Below are positions 1 through 11,150 of a stretch of DNA of 64,000 nucleotides, one piece after another; positions within the stretch are counted from its first letter, which is position 1; the number at the start of each line of letters is the position of its first letter. The stretch is from contig CDRNVI010000024.1 of assembly GCA_977017575.1 (NCBI GenBank), forward strand, positions 1 through 64,000. Reading direction: 5' to 3'. This stretch comes from Paramoeba atlantica (taxonomy: Eukaryota > Protista > Discosea). Both the position numbers and the translations under genes were made by a program. The notes beneath the pieces are model-generated. The model was not told the origin of the DNA and ran no database searches. It saw only the letters and a program-made list of their open reading frames with translations.

Positions 1-1084
1 CCTGAATACACCGAGCTTGCGGACAAACCACGTCTTTGGTTGGGGGGGACAAACTACGTATGGGGGGGCTCCCCCGTGCTGCCATGAAAAGTCTTATTTA
101 ATAATAAAATGAACAAGGTACAGAAAGTCGTCGTCGCTGCGACAATTTGATGTTCATGCGCTCGTTGGCGCAGAGATACAGCCCTCGATGCGACAGCCGA
201 TATCATCGGCACAATCCGTAATGACGGATGTCGCACCAAGGGGGTTAGCACGGACTCTTTCAAGAACAACAACACTGATATAGATCATTTAAGGAGGTTA
301 AACTGTTTGCCATACTAATTTTCACACTTAGGTTAGGTTATCGTCGCAACGTTGCCTTAGGTTAATTAGCCGTGATTATCTTCCTAGCTTTTTTTTTTAT
401 CTTCCTAGATGGGCGTGGCTAGTTTTACTGTTACTACCTAGCTAGTTTGAGACAACTTACCTGAAATTGCGAGACGAGCGGTACACCAGCTTCACGGTAT
501 ACTAAATTAGTTTTCAACCAAACCAACATCAAACACATAAAAACGAAATGCATCTTGCAGAAAAGAAAAGAAATAAAATCGGACAATATGCTGGCGGGGG
601 GGTGGGGGAGATGGGGTGGGGGGAGGCTGGGGGGGTTACTCACTGTTTTCTCCTTCATATTTTACAGAAGCCTTAGATAATTCCAACTCCTGGATCTCTT
701 GAGTTGGCATTTTTCGTTTCGTTTGCATCTTCTTGGGGGTTGAAAATGCTGGTGATAGTTTTGAAGCTGGCAGTTTCTGTTTCTGTGATCTCTTTCGCAG
801 TTTCTTTGGAGCTTCTCCTGTAGATATGGATCTCTTTTGTTCGTTTGGTAACATTTCTTTATCGGTCTTTGGAAGTGTATTTTTTGCATTTTTCTCCTGG
901 TTGGTTTTTTCTGTTTTCTGCGACAGAGGAAGACCCCGCTACCAACAACAATGTTAACCCCCCCGCAAAATGGCCCTTGCCCCTCGACAAAAAGGGGGAT
1001 AAAAAACTGAGTTTCGTTTTGAGACTAAAAAATCGGGCCTCTCGTCCTCAGTTGAATTTTTTTATCGACTCCCTTAAGAAGGAG

Positions 1085-1130
1085 AGGAGAAGAAGAAGAC
1101 ACGGAGGGCTAGCCGCTAGGGTAGAGTCTC
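1085..1130 (-). mobile_element. 3'-end fragment of SINE family B ((TTC)n tail)
   Basis: gaagaagaagacacggagggct...tagggtagagtctc matches the tail of the full copy at 2919-2980. Confidence 0.75.
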
Positions 1131-1139
1131 CAAAAAAAA

Positions 1140-1507
1140 CCAAATCATTCCGGATTGCTCCGGATGGTCACTGGCAAGCCAGACCCTTCACAGACAGATT
1201 TGGAAGTTCCGAGGCCGACGTTCTCTACCAGTTTCCGCTTGTCCAAGGCGGCACCAACGTGCTGTTGCCAACACGCTGCGTCGACGAACTGTACGTCAAC
1301 ACGGCTTACCCAAGAGTTTTAAGCTGGGTAAGGGAGCTGGTTCCCTGAGGGGAGGGTCCGGGACGATCCTCCGAGTACTGGGCCTAGTTGGTTATCAGCC
1401 CAGCCTCTTAGAGTGAGGCCGCCGGGAATATTGCGATGAGCGGGTTTGAACTCGCCTTCTGAGCACCATGTGCTTCAAACTTTGAGTTCTTGCCACTCCG
1501 CCACCTC
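1140..1507 (-). mobile_element. tRNA-headed SINE family A, full-length copy
   Basis: Near-identical to 13823-14205; minus-strand A box TGGCGGAGTGG, B-box-like GAGTTCAAACCC, tail ATGATTTGG. Confidence 0.85.
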
Positions 1508-1509
1508 CA

Positions 1510-1945
1510 CCTCGTCACTGAGTGCAGCAACAAAACTGCGTTTGTTTGATTGCCTCGCTTATCCAATCATGACCTTTGGTGCCGCTTCGCTTTCCATATC
1601 CAACATAATGCTTCGGCAAACAGAAGTTGAGCTCAATATGATGCGAAGATTTTGCTATAATTGTGCTAAACTGGACGAGTTTTGACACTGCTACACTATC
1701 GAGTGACTTTATTGCGGCACTCCTCGTTTCTCCACCGTACATCGCGTTAGTCGGGCTAAAATTGTTGGTCACATTCTAAGGCACTCATTCATGTTTCGAG
1801 ATCTTATTCAGTGGAAATGCAGCGATAGGAAACGAAATCCCTCACCAAGCGAAGCTTGCTTTCACGATCTGGACATTACCGAAGAACAAGCCCTCGTATA
1901 CGCTCAGGATCGAGATCACTGGAAAAAGTTACGTGAAGATTTAAA
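1510..1945 (+). pseudogene. RTE-like LINE 3' ORF fragment (post-RT region)
   Basis: SLSAATKLRLFDC...YAQDRDHWKKL with in-frame stops; homologous to 6840-7258. Confidence 0.8.
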
Positions 1946-1956
1946 GGTACCCACTC

Positions 1957-2090
1957 GCACCATTATCTGTCATAAACGCGGCACCCTTATCTGCCATAGA
2001 AACTCGCACCCTTATCTGTCATACAGCACCCTTGTCTGTCATAATGCACCCTTATCTGTCATATAAGCCGCACCCTTATCTGTCATAAAC
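1957..2090 (+). repeat. Tandem repeat, 6 copies of GCACCCTTATCTGTCATA with short spacers
   Basis: Units read directly in sequence. Confidence 0.9.
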
Positions 2091-2247
2091 CGATTAAAAA
2101 GAAGTCGACCCCTTCAAAAAAATTTCAAGGCCTAAAAAAGATTTCAACCCCTAAAAAAAAATCGACCCCTAAAAAAAAATTTCAACACCTTCCAAAAATT
2201 TACAATTTTGCCACACAGTTAACATAAAAAATAGGTAACCTCAATTG

Positions 2248-2340
2248 TGCTCCCGGTGAGGCCCCGGAGTTGCGAGAGGCCTCCATACCCCACAACTACC
2301 ACCTTCCCCCCTATTTAGCGGGGGTCGCGCGAGCGACCCC
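2248..2340. repeat. Half copy of the foldback repeat at 5190-5330
   Basis: Reverse complement of 5238-5330, ending at the central GGGGTCGC..GCGACCCC hairpin. Confidence 0.85.
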
Positions 2341-2600
2341 TGCTCCTCTTCCTCTTTCTTCCTCTTTCTTCCTCTTTGCTCCTTGTTTAGGGTGACACTA
2401 ATCTGTTGCTGGCTGTATCGCCGTTCCAGAAGGCTGGTCACTAGTCCAATTACTTCGCCGTCTACTTTCCGGTGGCGGACCAAGCGCTTTGACATTGTAT
2501 TCTTCGCCGTTCGTTCGGCCAAGCGAGGGTCATACACGTAGCACTCGAACCGCTCCCGGATTACGAAAATTTGTATGTGTGCAAAGTTAAATCTCATAAT

Positions 2601-3465
2601 CCAAAATCCAAATCATTCCGGATCGCTCCGGATGGTCACTGGCAAGCCAGGCCCTTCACAGACAGATTTGGAAGTTCCGAGGCCGACGTCCTCTACCAGT
2701 TTCCGCTTTTCCAAGGCGGCACCAACGTGCTGTTGCCAACACGCTGCGTCGACGAATTGTACGTCAACACGGCTTACCCAAGAGGTGTAAGCCGGGTAAG
2801 GGAGCTGGTTCCCTGAGGGGAGGGTCCGGGACGATCCTCCGAGTACTGGGCCTAGTTGGTTATCAGCCCAGCCTCTTAGAGTGAGGCCGCCGGGGATATT
2901 GCGATGAGCGGGTTTGAAGAAGAAGAAGAAGAAGAAGACACGGAGGGCTCTGCAGCGCCAACCGTTAGGGTAGAGTCTCAGGCCACCGACCTTCATCGTG
3001 TTGCTACCCCCTTCCCAGACGGCACTCGACGCCTTGCGGCCCGAGCACGGCTACCCAACCGTAGCTACCAGGACGGGCGTCCACCCCGTTGCATCGTGTA
3101 GGCTGTGTCTCAAGCCTCCTTTGCGTAAGCATCTCGCAATTTATCGGCTGCGCTGGAGCCTGGTTCAGCTCGGCGGTTCCGGGTCGGTCCTCCAGGGGAG
3201 CGGGGTTGGGTGTGGGCCTTGAAGGCACTCCTGATCGCTTTCCCTTTGCAGTGAGGCCGCCAGGTTGCGAGTTTTGTCGATAGCGGGAATCGAACCCACA
3301 ACCTGCAGGTTGTAAGGCCCACCGTCTAACAACTACGCGAGCACCGCGGGTTTAAACTCGCCGTCTGAGCACCATGTGCTTCAAACTTTGAATTCTTGCC
3401 CCTCCGCCACCTCCGCCCCTTTTTAGCTTCTCATACCAACAAGGTACAGAAATTGCATCTTTATC
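2601..3465 (-). mobile_element. Composite retro-insertion: SL-gene fragment + SINE A, with SINE B nested in it
   Basis: Flanked by 15-bp TSD GTTAAATCTCATAAT (2586-2600, 3466-3480) that splits an RNase H motif (KVKSHN|GNEYSDKADVLA). Confidence 0.85.
2919..3345 (-). mobile_element. tRNA-headed SINE family B, full-length, (TTC)n tail
   Basis: tRNA-like head GGTGCTCGCGTAGTTGTTAGAC...CTTACAA...GTGGGTTCGATTCCCGC; TSD GCGGGTTT(G/A)AA at 2908-2918 and 3346-3356. Confidence 0.85.
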
Positions 3466-3468
3466 GTT
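3425..3468 (-). ncRNA. Spliced-leader RNA gene fragment (3' part of exon + first 12 nt of intron)
   Basis: AACGATAAAGATGCAATTTCTGTACCTTGTTG|GTATGAGAAGCT resembles the kinetoplastid SL exon end (TTTCTGTACTATATTG) and the T. brucei intron start GTATGAGAAGCT; truncated, not a complete gene. Confidence 0.8.
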
Positions 3469-3689
3469 AAATCTCATAATGGGAACGAATATAGCGACAA
3501 AGCTGATGTCTTGGCTCTCTCGGCGTCACGAAGACCTTTAAAATCACAAGCGGCAAAGAGGTTGAAGACGATAAAGGCTCCTTCTTCTTCTTCTGACCCC
3601 GTATCCTCGCCAGAAGTGACACTCATATTGCGCCCAAGAAGGAATGTTGACACTATTTCATCCATACGCAAGAATCCAGCGCAAGAATC

Positions 3690-3895
3690 AACACCAGCTT
3701 GAACCCAGGACCTCGTACACTAAAACAACTTCAAAACAATGGGAAAATCTTTTTCTAAAGGAGGTAAACAAGGGGTTCTACGAAACCCTACAGTGCATTG
3801 AAGAAGGGCGGCAACGATTTCCAATCGGGCCAAATGAAACCCACATTTATACAGATGGAGCACGAATCGTTAAAAAGGATGAAACTCACACAGGT
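3690..3895 (+). pseudogene. LINE relic, region before and start of RNase H
   Basis: SKQWENL...LQCIEEG...ETHIYTDG, homologous to 7262-7445 and 9620-9750. Confidence 0.7.
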
Positions 3896-3899
3896 TGTG

Positions 3900-4022
3900 C
3901 CCGCCCATCGCAATATTCCAGGCGGCCTCACTCTAAGAGGCTGGGCTGATAACCGAATAGGCCCAGTACTCGGAGGACCGTCCCGGACCCTCCCCTCAGG
4001 GAACCAGCTCCCTTACCCGGCT
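3900..4022 (+). mobile_element. Internal fragment of SINE family A
   Basis: catcgcaatattccaggcggcctcactctaagaggctggg...cccttacccggc matches the SINE A core. Confidence 0.85.
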
Positions 4023-4024
4023 CG

Positions 4025-4350
4025 TTCCGTCGTGGGCTCCAAAAGAGCCTTAGGAGAGGCAGAGCACATTGCCTGTTGAGATCTTTCAATTTCTCAGGGA
4101 AGGAGATCACTTTTGAGGTCTTAGATAGGACCCATTCTTCCTCCCTGTCCTCCGACTCCCAAATGAAAGCCCCCAGAAGTTTAACCCCCCCGGGGAGTGA
4201 ATCATTCTGATTCCGGAAAACTCAGAGAAGAGGTTGTGCTCCCTCGTGGCCACTTTACATTTGGCCGCGTTTAGGCGCAACCCAATCCAATCCAATAAGA
4301 CCGACTTAAAGTCGGTTGAAAAACTTAACACTGTCACCTTGAAAGCTTTC
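4025..4350 (-). pseudogene. CRE-clade-like non-LTR RT fragment
   Basis: LDWIGLRLNAAKCKV, GGLNFWGLSFG, then (frameshift) LKDLNRQCALPLLRLFWSPR; resembles the post-YADD motifs of CRE-type RTs. Confidence 0.55.
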
Positions 4351-4569
4351 ATCTATCACCTCCAAGTTCGTTATTATAAGGTCGGAACTGTCCCTCTTGT
4401 CGCTGAAGCAGGGGGCGCGCTTTCACCCCTTCACCCCTCCCCGACTCACTCCCCTGGAGTGAGTGTGCTTCCCCCTCTCGGCTTTTTTCGACTTGTCTTT
4501 TTCCTCTCCGAGAGGGACATGCGTCATGGTGGCCTCCCTTGAGGACCACTAGACGTGTCCTCCGCCGAC

Positions 4570-4855
4570 GAGACTCGGTTCTCTGCACCTGGCGGTCGCC
4601 CAGCTCTCCGCACCTCGGCTCTGTCGCAGCTCTCTGCACCCGGATTGCCCCCGAAACTGTAATATGGGGATTACGCATCCGGCTCTCTGCACCTGCACAT
4701 GACAACCGAGCTCTCTGCACATGCACATGACAACCGAGCTCTCTGCACCTGGGACGCCAGCTCTCCGCACCCGCACACCTCCGGCGAGGACGAAACCTCA
4801 CGTGATCCACCCGTCGTATGCGGGATAAGGACATGGTGAGTAAATCTCTGCACTA
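4570..4855 (+). repeat. Degenerate tandem array of CTCTCTGCACCT-containing units
   Basis: Repeated ctctctgcacct / gagctctctgcac / cagctctccgcac units. Confidence 0.75.
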
Positions 4856-5009
4856 TAAGTGCATGATAAAACAAGCGTACTTAAGTATGTAATATATGTG
4901 TGTGATGCGGTACAAAAAAACAATATTTTTCCCATAACCTACAAATAATCCCTCCAAGTTTACAAAAATGCGATTCCATCAATTCTTTCCTTACTTGGAC
5001 GGTTTGGCA

Positions 5010-5492
5010 CCCGCACATTTATAATGCATATTAAGCTGCACATTGCTAATGCATATAGCACATTTATAATGCTTATAACAATAGTGATTTTTTTGGACAC
5101 CTCAACTTATTTTTTTTTGCAGCATTCACCGGTTTATGTCGCAGACGGGTAAACAAGGTCTGGGGTTATTGGCCAGGCCGGCCCGGTTCGGCCTCTCATA
5201 TTCCCCAAAACAACTACCACCTTCCCCCCATTTATCAGGGGTCGCTCGCGCGACCCCCGCTAAATAGGGGGGGAAGGTGGTAGTTGTGGGGTATGGAGGC
5301 CTCTCGCAACTCCGGGGCCTCACCGGGAGCAAAGGTGAAACCCATTTGCGTCCCTGGCTAAATGTGTTTTTCGGCTAGTCCGCCTGGTGGAAATGTTTTG
5401 TGCTATATGCATTATAAATGTGCTATATGCATTATAATGTGCCGTATTAATATGCATTATAAATGTGCCTTAATATGCATTATAAATGTGCT
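5010..5492. repeat. Inverted arrays of GCACATTTATAATGCATA units (probable TIR-element remnant)
   Basis: 5010-5075 units are reverse complements of the 5398-5492 units. Confidence 0.7.
5190..5330. repeat. Foldback repeat centred on GGGGTCGCTCGCGCGACCCC
   Basis: Arms caactaccaccttccccc / gggggaaggtggtagttg. Confidence 0.8.
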
Positions 5493-5924
5493 GATGGGTT
5501 TCCTATTACCGCCAGTTCTCGCAACCTTACCTCGGAGCACACTCCGTGCCTCAGCTTCGCGCTTGGATGCAGGAATGTCTCGCGCTGGCCCATTTACAAG
5601 GGATTTCCTTTTGAGTAAGGCCTTTAAAGGCCATAACGGCTGTGAATTCTCCTCATTTTCCGATTTGTCAGTTGGGTTTCTCCTTTTTGGTATCGGAGGC
5701 CAAGCCACTTTACGCGCTGCTAAAAGTGCTAGGCTCTGCCTCTTCATTCCATGTATTTCCAATGTGCGCCCTTACGTTGCACAAGTATATGGTATAAGAA
5801 TTAAAATTTAGGAATCGAAGCTGAAGATCCACATCATGCATCAAGTCACCATTTTTTATTCCACTTTATCCCACTATAGCCTGTGAACTTGGCTGCCACC
5901 TTGGAAATCGCCCTTTGAATCCCG

Positions 5925-7445
5925 ATGGCGAAGAGGATTGGGGCCATAGGGTCCCAATTTATAACCACTTTTAAAGTGGTTTGCGATTTCTTTTCAAACA
6001 TAGGAAACGACGATCGGGGAAACCGAGACATCGAATTTGACGAGGCGAGGAAATCATTGATTCCAATAAGAGATGAATGGTTTACCGAAGAAGAGTTTCA
6101 GATTAGAGCCCCCAGGCTAGCACGAAACAAAGCCCTTGGAATTGATGAAATACCCGTCGAAGTGCTTATTATGATGGTGGAACACGGAAAATTACGGCGC
6201 ACACTCCCTGATCTTATCAATAATGTCTCCGAAACTGGTGTTGCCCCCGGCTGTTGGAAGAACGTGCTACAAGTTTCAATTCCGAAAAAGGGTAATCTTA
6301 CTCAAATCAACAATTGGCGCCCCATATGCCTTGTCAAAAGCGTGGTCAAACTGATGATATTGCAGCGCATTCGGCCTTCGATTGAATCAGTGCTTCGCGG
6401 GAGTCAATTTGGTTTTCGATCAGAACGATCGACTGCAGGGGCTCAGCGGTTGCTTAATGAAACGAAGACTCGAGCATCCAGAGATAAATCGGGAATCCAA
6501 GAGGTGAGGTTGCGGGGTATTAACTGTGCTGATGAAATTGCCCTGCTGGCTCCCACAAAGGGTGAACTGTCAAAGATGATTGACTCTACCGCACACGAAG
6601 CGAAACAAGCTAATTTACACATCGCCGTTGGCCAGAATAAAACTGTTTGGTTGGCTTTTGGAAAAATTCCTGGTGGGACGCGCGATCTACGTAGTAACTC
6701 ATTCGGCAAGATTCCATATGTCGACAAATACCGTTATTTAGGGAATATGCAAGATGCGTCCAACTATTCTTCTTCTGTGAAAGATAGGCTCCGACTAACG
6801 TGGGCAGGGTTTCGGAAACTCAAGGGCATTTGGGAATCACCACTGAGCGTGGCGACAAAATTGCCATTATTTGACTGGTATACCCCGTACTCACATTTGG
6901 AGCAGCTGCTATAACGATTCCTAATTACATGATTCGCTCAATTGAGGTTGAAATCAATATGATGCGGAGATTCGCTTGTCAATGCGCGAAGCTGGACGAA
7001 CTTGGGCACTGTTACCCACTGGAGTCTCTGTATTTTGGAACGCCACGATTCTCAACCGTGCACCACGTGAGCCGCGTAAAGCTTGTTGGCCATACCCTCC
7101 GACATTCCCCGACTTTTCAGCACCTTCTAAAATGGAAATGCCGAGAAACACCACGCACTATGTCACCAGCTGAGGCATGCATTGGAGACTTAGGGATAAC
7201 TCTGGAAGAGACCTTAGTATACCCCCAAGATCGCGATCACTGGCGCACTCTGCTATAGTTTGCAGCAAACACTAGGACCACTGCCGAATAATACTCGCGT
7301 TATAACATCACAATGGAAGTCTCTGTAAGCGTGGCGTCGAAAAGGAAAACTTATGTGATTTACAATTCTTGGAAGAAGGTAGCGACTCATTCCCTATTAA
7401 AGATAAAGAAGCTCATATTTACATAGATGCACCCGTAACTGAAGT
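5925..7445 (+). pseudogene. Degenerate RTE-like LINE: RT, post-RT region and start of RNase H
   Basis: KALGIDEIP, IPKKGNLTQINNWRPICL, QFGFRSERST, CADEIALLA (degenerate YADD), YRYLG, FRKLKGIW..LSVATKL, QDRDHWR, then LQFLEEG...HIYID. Confidence 0.85.
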
Positions 7446-7619
7446 TTCCTTCAGTTAAGAGTTTTACAGTTTTATCAAAAATAGTATAGTTCTTTCCGCT
7501 TCTGGCCCCGATTTCTTTACGGAAACTTTTCAAACAACGTCTCGTTTTGAAAATTTCATAATTCCTCATCAATTGTATGTGAGTATTGAACTTTAGTACT
7601 TAGCTAAAATATCCGGTTT

Positions 7620-8480
7620 TAAACCGTAGCAATCACGACAGCATCAACGAAACATTTCCACACTTTCCAATAAGTGAGCCCAGATACAATTATATTTTGT
7701 TAAGGCACCCTATCACTGCTTTCTTCAGATTCATTAGCTCTCGTTTTATGTAGGACTTCTTTCTTCTTTCCCCCTTTTTTCTTTTCCCCTTTCACCGTGC
7801 ATTTTGATGATGATCCACCTTTTTCATTCGTAGACAACTTGCGTGTAGTTACCAATTTTGATTTCAGAACTATATGATTGGTGTTATCATGGATTTCGCC
7901 TGACGAATGGGACCTTTTTATTTGCGGAAATCTTTTCTTCAATGCTTTATCAGTCTTGTCTTGAAGTGTGCATGGTTTTCTTCCCTCGCTGCGTAAATCT
8001 TTTTGCTTTTTCTGCGTTTCTTCCGGTCGTACGTTTCTTGAGCGCTTGTCCGAGGATGCATTGTCCTTTGATGGCCGGACAATGTTGTGCTTATTTTTTT
8101 GTTCCTGCGACGAAATTTCTTTTGTATTTCGTGTTTTATAACGCTACCTTAAACATTTAGCAGGCCGAAGTGCTACTAAATTGTCAGGGAATCCGCACTG
8201 TCATTGTAGGGATTTTCGTTTTGCGCTTTTACTTTGACACAAAAAATCCTTTTAGTAACTCGAATGCTCGAATATGTTTTCTGAAGCTGTGTAAGAAGTT
8301 CGTTTCCCTCAAAAGCTAAGAACCCGATGAGACGATATATTTGCATGACGTTGTGGAAAAAATTCCATATGTATTCAGAATCAGTATGTAGGAAGATGTC
8401 GTTGCCATAATAATTCGCTTGATTAAGAGCCTCGATTGCCGCATAGGCTTCTACTGCAGGTGCTGAGTGGGAAGCTTGTG
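7620..8480 (-). pseudogene. LINE RNase H relic with K/S-rich tail
   Basis: Minus-strand VEAYAAIEAL...IFLHTDSEYIWNFF and VKVKAQNENPYNDSADSL. Confidence 0.75.
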
Positions 8481-8499
8481 TTGGCGGTCTAGTTCCGGA

Positions 8500-8870
8500 T
8501 GAGAAAGTACAAAATGGAAAGGTATTAAAAGACCTTGATTTTGAGATTCGTTCCCTACAAGCTAAGAATATAAAAAGTTATGCGAGTAAGGTGAAATCAC
8601 ACAATGGTAATCCCCACAATGAAAAAGCGGATGCGTTAGCACTTGCTCTCGTAAGCCTGTTCCTTCCCTATAAATTAGGAGGAAGAAAACGTTAAATAAG
8701 AATACGGAGGAGCTTGTAGACTCTCCCCAAAAGAAGGGCATATTACGTCCAAAAGCTAATGTTCAACGTGTTGCCAAAAACAAACGCAAGATATCTAACA
8801 CTGGGGGAGAACCGGTCAACAACAGGGGCACATTACTTCCCACTAGTACTGGAGTAAAATCGTCGGAAGA
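8500..8870 (+). pseudogene. LINE RNase H C-terminal relic
   Basis: SKVKSHNGNPHNEKADALA at ~8585-8645. Confidence 0.7.
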
Positions 8871-8929
8871 GAGTGATGAAGCTCATAATGTTGAAAAAGA
8901 TAAAAGTTATGAACAATCAAGAGTGCTTC

Positions 8930-9070
8930 TCTAAAAGGTGGATAATGAGAGGGAAGATTCACCTAAGAGGAAGGTGTCTTCACGAAAAACAAAATAGTAG
9001 TTTTATCAGCCAATGTAAATCGGCCTTTTTGGATTGGATTGGACTTCTGGAGGTAAAAGTCCCCGTTTGC
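8930..9070 (+). pseudogene. Second CRE-like RT micro-fragment
   Basis: CKSAFLDWIGLL resembles FKSVLLDWIGLR at ~4270-4310. Confidence 0.4.
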
Positions 9071-9599
9071 GAGCAAGGCCCAACTGTGAGCGTAGCCCTG
9101 GGACATAATTATATTTTTTGGCGACTCGCGCGCTCCAGCGCGCGGGTCGTGCACTGAGGACCTATGTCTGCCACTTCCGCAGGATTGCGTATTTTTAATT
9201 TTCTATTCGCTTATTCATCGACGAAGTGGCAGCCACTTTTTTTTATCAATCAAAGAGGTAGAGAAGTACCCGAATTATTCATAGTTTTACCTTAGTTTGT
9301 TAGGACTCGAGGGTAAACTCGACAAAAGATACTTTGGCCCCCCGCTCTTAGTGCCGCGGTGAACTTGTAGTGCCGCATCACTTATAGTGCCGTTTTGAAA
9401 AATGACGAAAAGAGTTGTCCGAAAAAAAACTGACCATTTTTTTGACCAAAAAGGTTGAGTAAAAGTGGTGTAAATTTCTAATATTTTCATTTACGGAAAT
9501 CATTGAAACGTTATGCTTAGTTCCCTTCATCCATTCAATGACTGCTGATTCTCACGAAAACGAGGTGCCAGACAAAGCGCAAACTCGTGGATCGGCGAT

Positions 9600-10790
9600 T
9601 TCAGTCCCTTTGGGGCAGCCGTCTTGGGGCAAATGCTATCACATGTCAATTGCTCGTCAGGTCGGATACAAGGAATTACAATTCATCGAAGAAGGAAAAA
9701 CAGCGTTTCCCATCAGAGAGAATGAAACACATATTTACACTGACGGGTGGCTTATTTACAAAAAGAATCAACAACTCCAGTGATGCGGCATCGTAATTCT
9801 GAGAGGAAGCGAGCGCACACAGTTTAAGGGGATGAAACCTCCTCTAGAATATTCCAGCTCAATTCAATCGATCGAATCATATGCAGCAATTGAGGCCATA
9901 AAAGGTGCACAATCGTACGAGGGAGACGTCATCTTACACACAGATTTTAAATATATGGGAATTCTTTAACGAAATTGTTCACAGATACATGTATAGGCTC
10001 ATAGGTTACCAATCCTTCGAAGACGGTAAGACAATGGAATTGCTAAAAGATGCTTACTTTTACATTAAGACCAACAGAAATTTTTATTGCGTAAAAGTAA
10101 AATCCCATAACGAAAATTCATACAACGACACAGCCGACTCCATGGCGAAAGAGGCTTTTGAGCTAGCAAAACACGAGCTTTCTGTTAAGTATTTGGGAGA
10201 CGTGCTGTTTCTGGAAGGGAAAAGAAAGACGGGTCAAAACCTGGGTCCCCGCTTAGCTAAAACTCAGCGTAAGCGACAAGGTGCCAATACAGAACAATCT
10301 CAGCCAACTGAAAAAACGTTCAAGGAACCGCTGTCTGCAAAATCCAAAATACGCGGAAACTGTCAAAAATACATATAAGAAAAACGATAAGATATTAACG
10401 ATAAGATATTAAACGATAATACGTATAAGAAAAACGATAATCAGGAAAGCAGTGATCAACATACCGTCAAACGATCTAGGAATTCGACGCGCAACATGAC
10501 CTCAACTGTGTTAAATACGAAAAAGCAGAAAAACAAAGATTCTGTCCCAGAGCCTCCACGAACAGCTCGACCTAATACAAATATACTAGTAAAAGCGCGT
10601 TCGAATCATCCGCAAAAGAAGAGGTTAAAAGATACAGGAGAGGAAGATACCAAAGTTTCAACAGGTGAAAAACTCAAAGAAGGTCGTCATAAGACTACGA
10701 AAACAACGCAGGTATTGTTAAGTTCGAGATCGAATACAGGGGGGAAATTAAGTTATGTCAACAAAAGTCGTGTTAATTTCTGGGATTAAC
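9600..10790 (+). pseudogene. LINE RNase HI domain + basic tail (frameshifted)
   Basis: IYTDG, SIESYAAIEAI, VILHTDFKY, KVKSHNENSYNDTADSMAKEA: all four RNase HI acidic motifs. Confidence 0.8.
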
Positions 10791-11093
10791 ACGACTTTAA
10801 GGAGGTGCAATTTAGTTCCAATAATTTCTTTGTATCGCTGCATGATTCAGAATACAGATGAGAACTAACCCGTTTGCTGTCGTGCTCACATCGGTAAGTG
10901 CCTTACACAGCAAACGAAAGCTAAGTACTGAGGTGTCATAGGGATCGAATGATTAGGATCCATAAAATACAAAGTCTGTTTGTTTTTGAAAAATTTTCTG
11001 TAAATTAGCCCCGCGCGGTTAGGAGGAAGGGTGTATGTTCAGAAGAAAATTGTAAATCCATTAACTGGGAAATTTTCCCAGTGTTGGCTGGTT

Positions 11094-11150
11094 GGTAAGC
11101 CGTGTTGAAGTACTATTCGTCAGCGCAACGTGTTGGTAACATCACGTTGG
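11094..11150 (+). mobile_element. Diverged fragment of the SINE A 3' half
   Basis: ggtaagccgtgttgaagtactattcgtcagcgcaacgtgttggtaacatcacgttgg aligns with SINE A ggtaagccgtgttgacgtacagttcgtcgacgcagcgtgttggcaacagcacgttgg. Confidence 0.7.

Noticed and set aside
325-370. Telomeric TTAGG repeats
   Set aside because: Only 2-3 scattered units, no array.
1957-2090. CRISPR array
   Set aside because: Spacers are only 2-7 nt and the context is eukaryotic; it is a simple minisatellite.
3270-3345. Functional tRNA-Val(TAC) gene
   Set aside because: No acceptor-stem pairing and an 8-nt anticodon loop; it continues into a SINE body flanked by a TSD.
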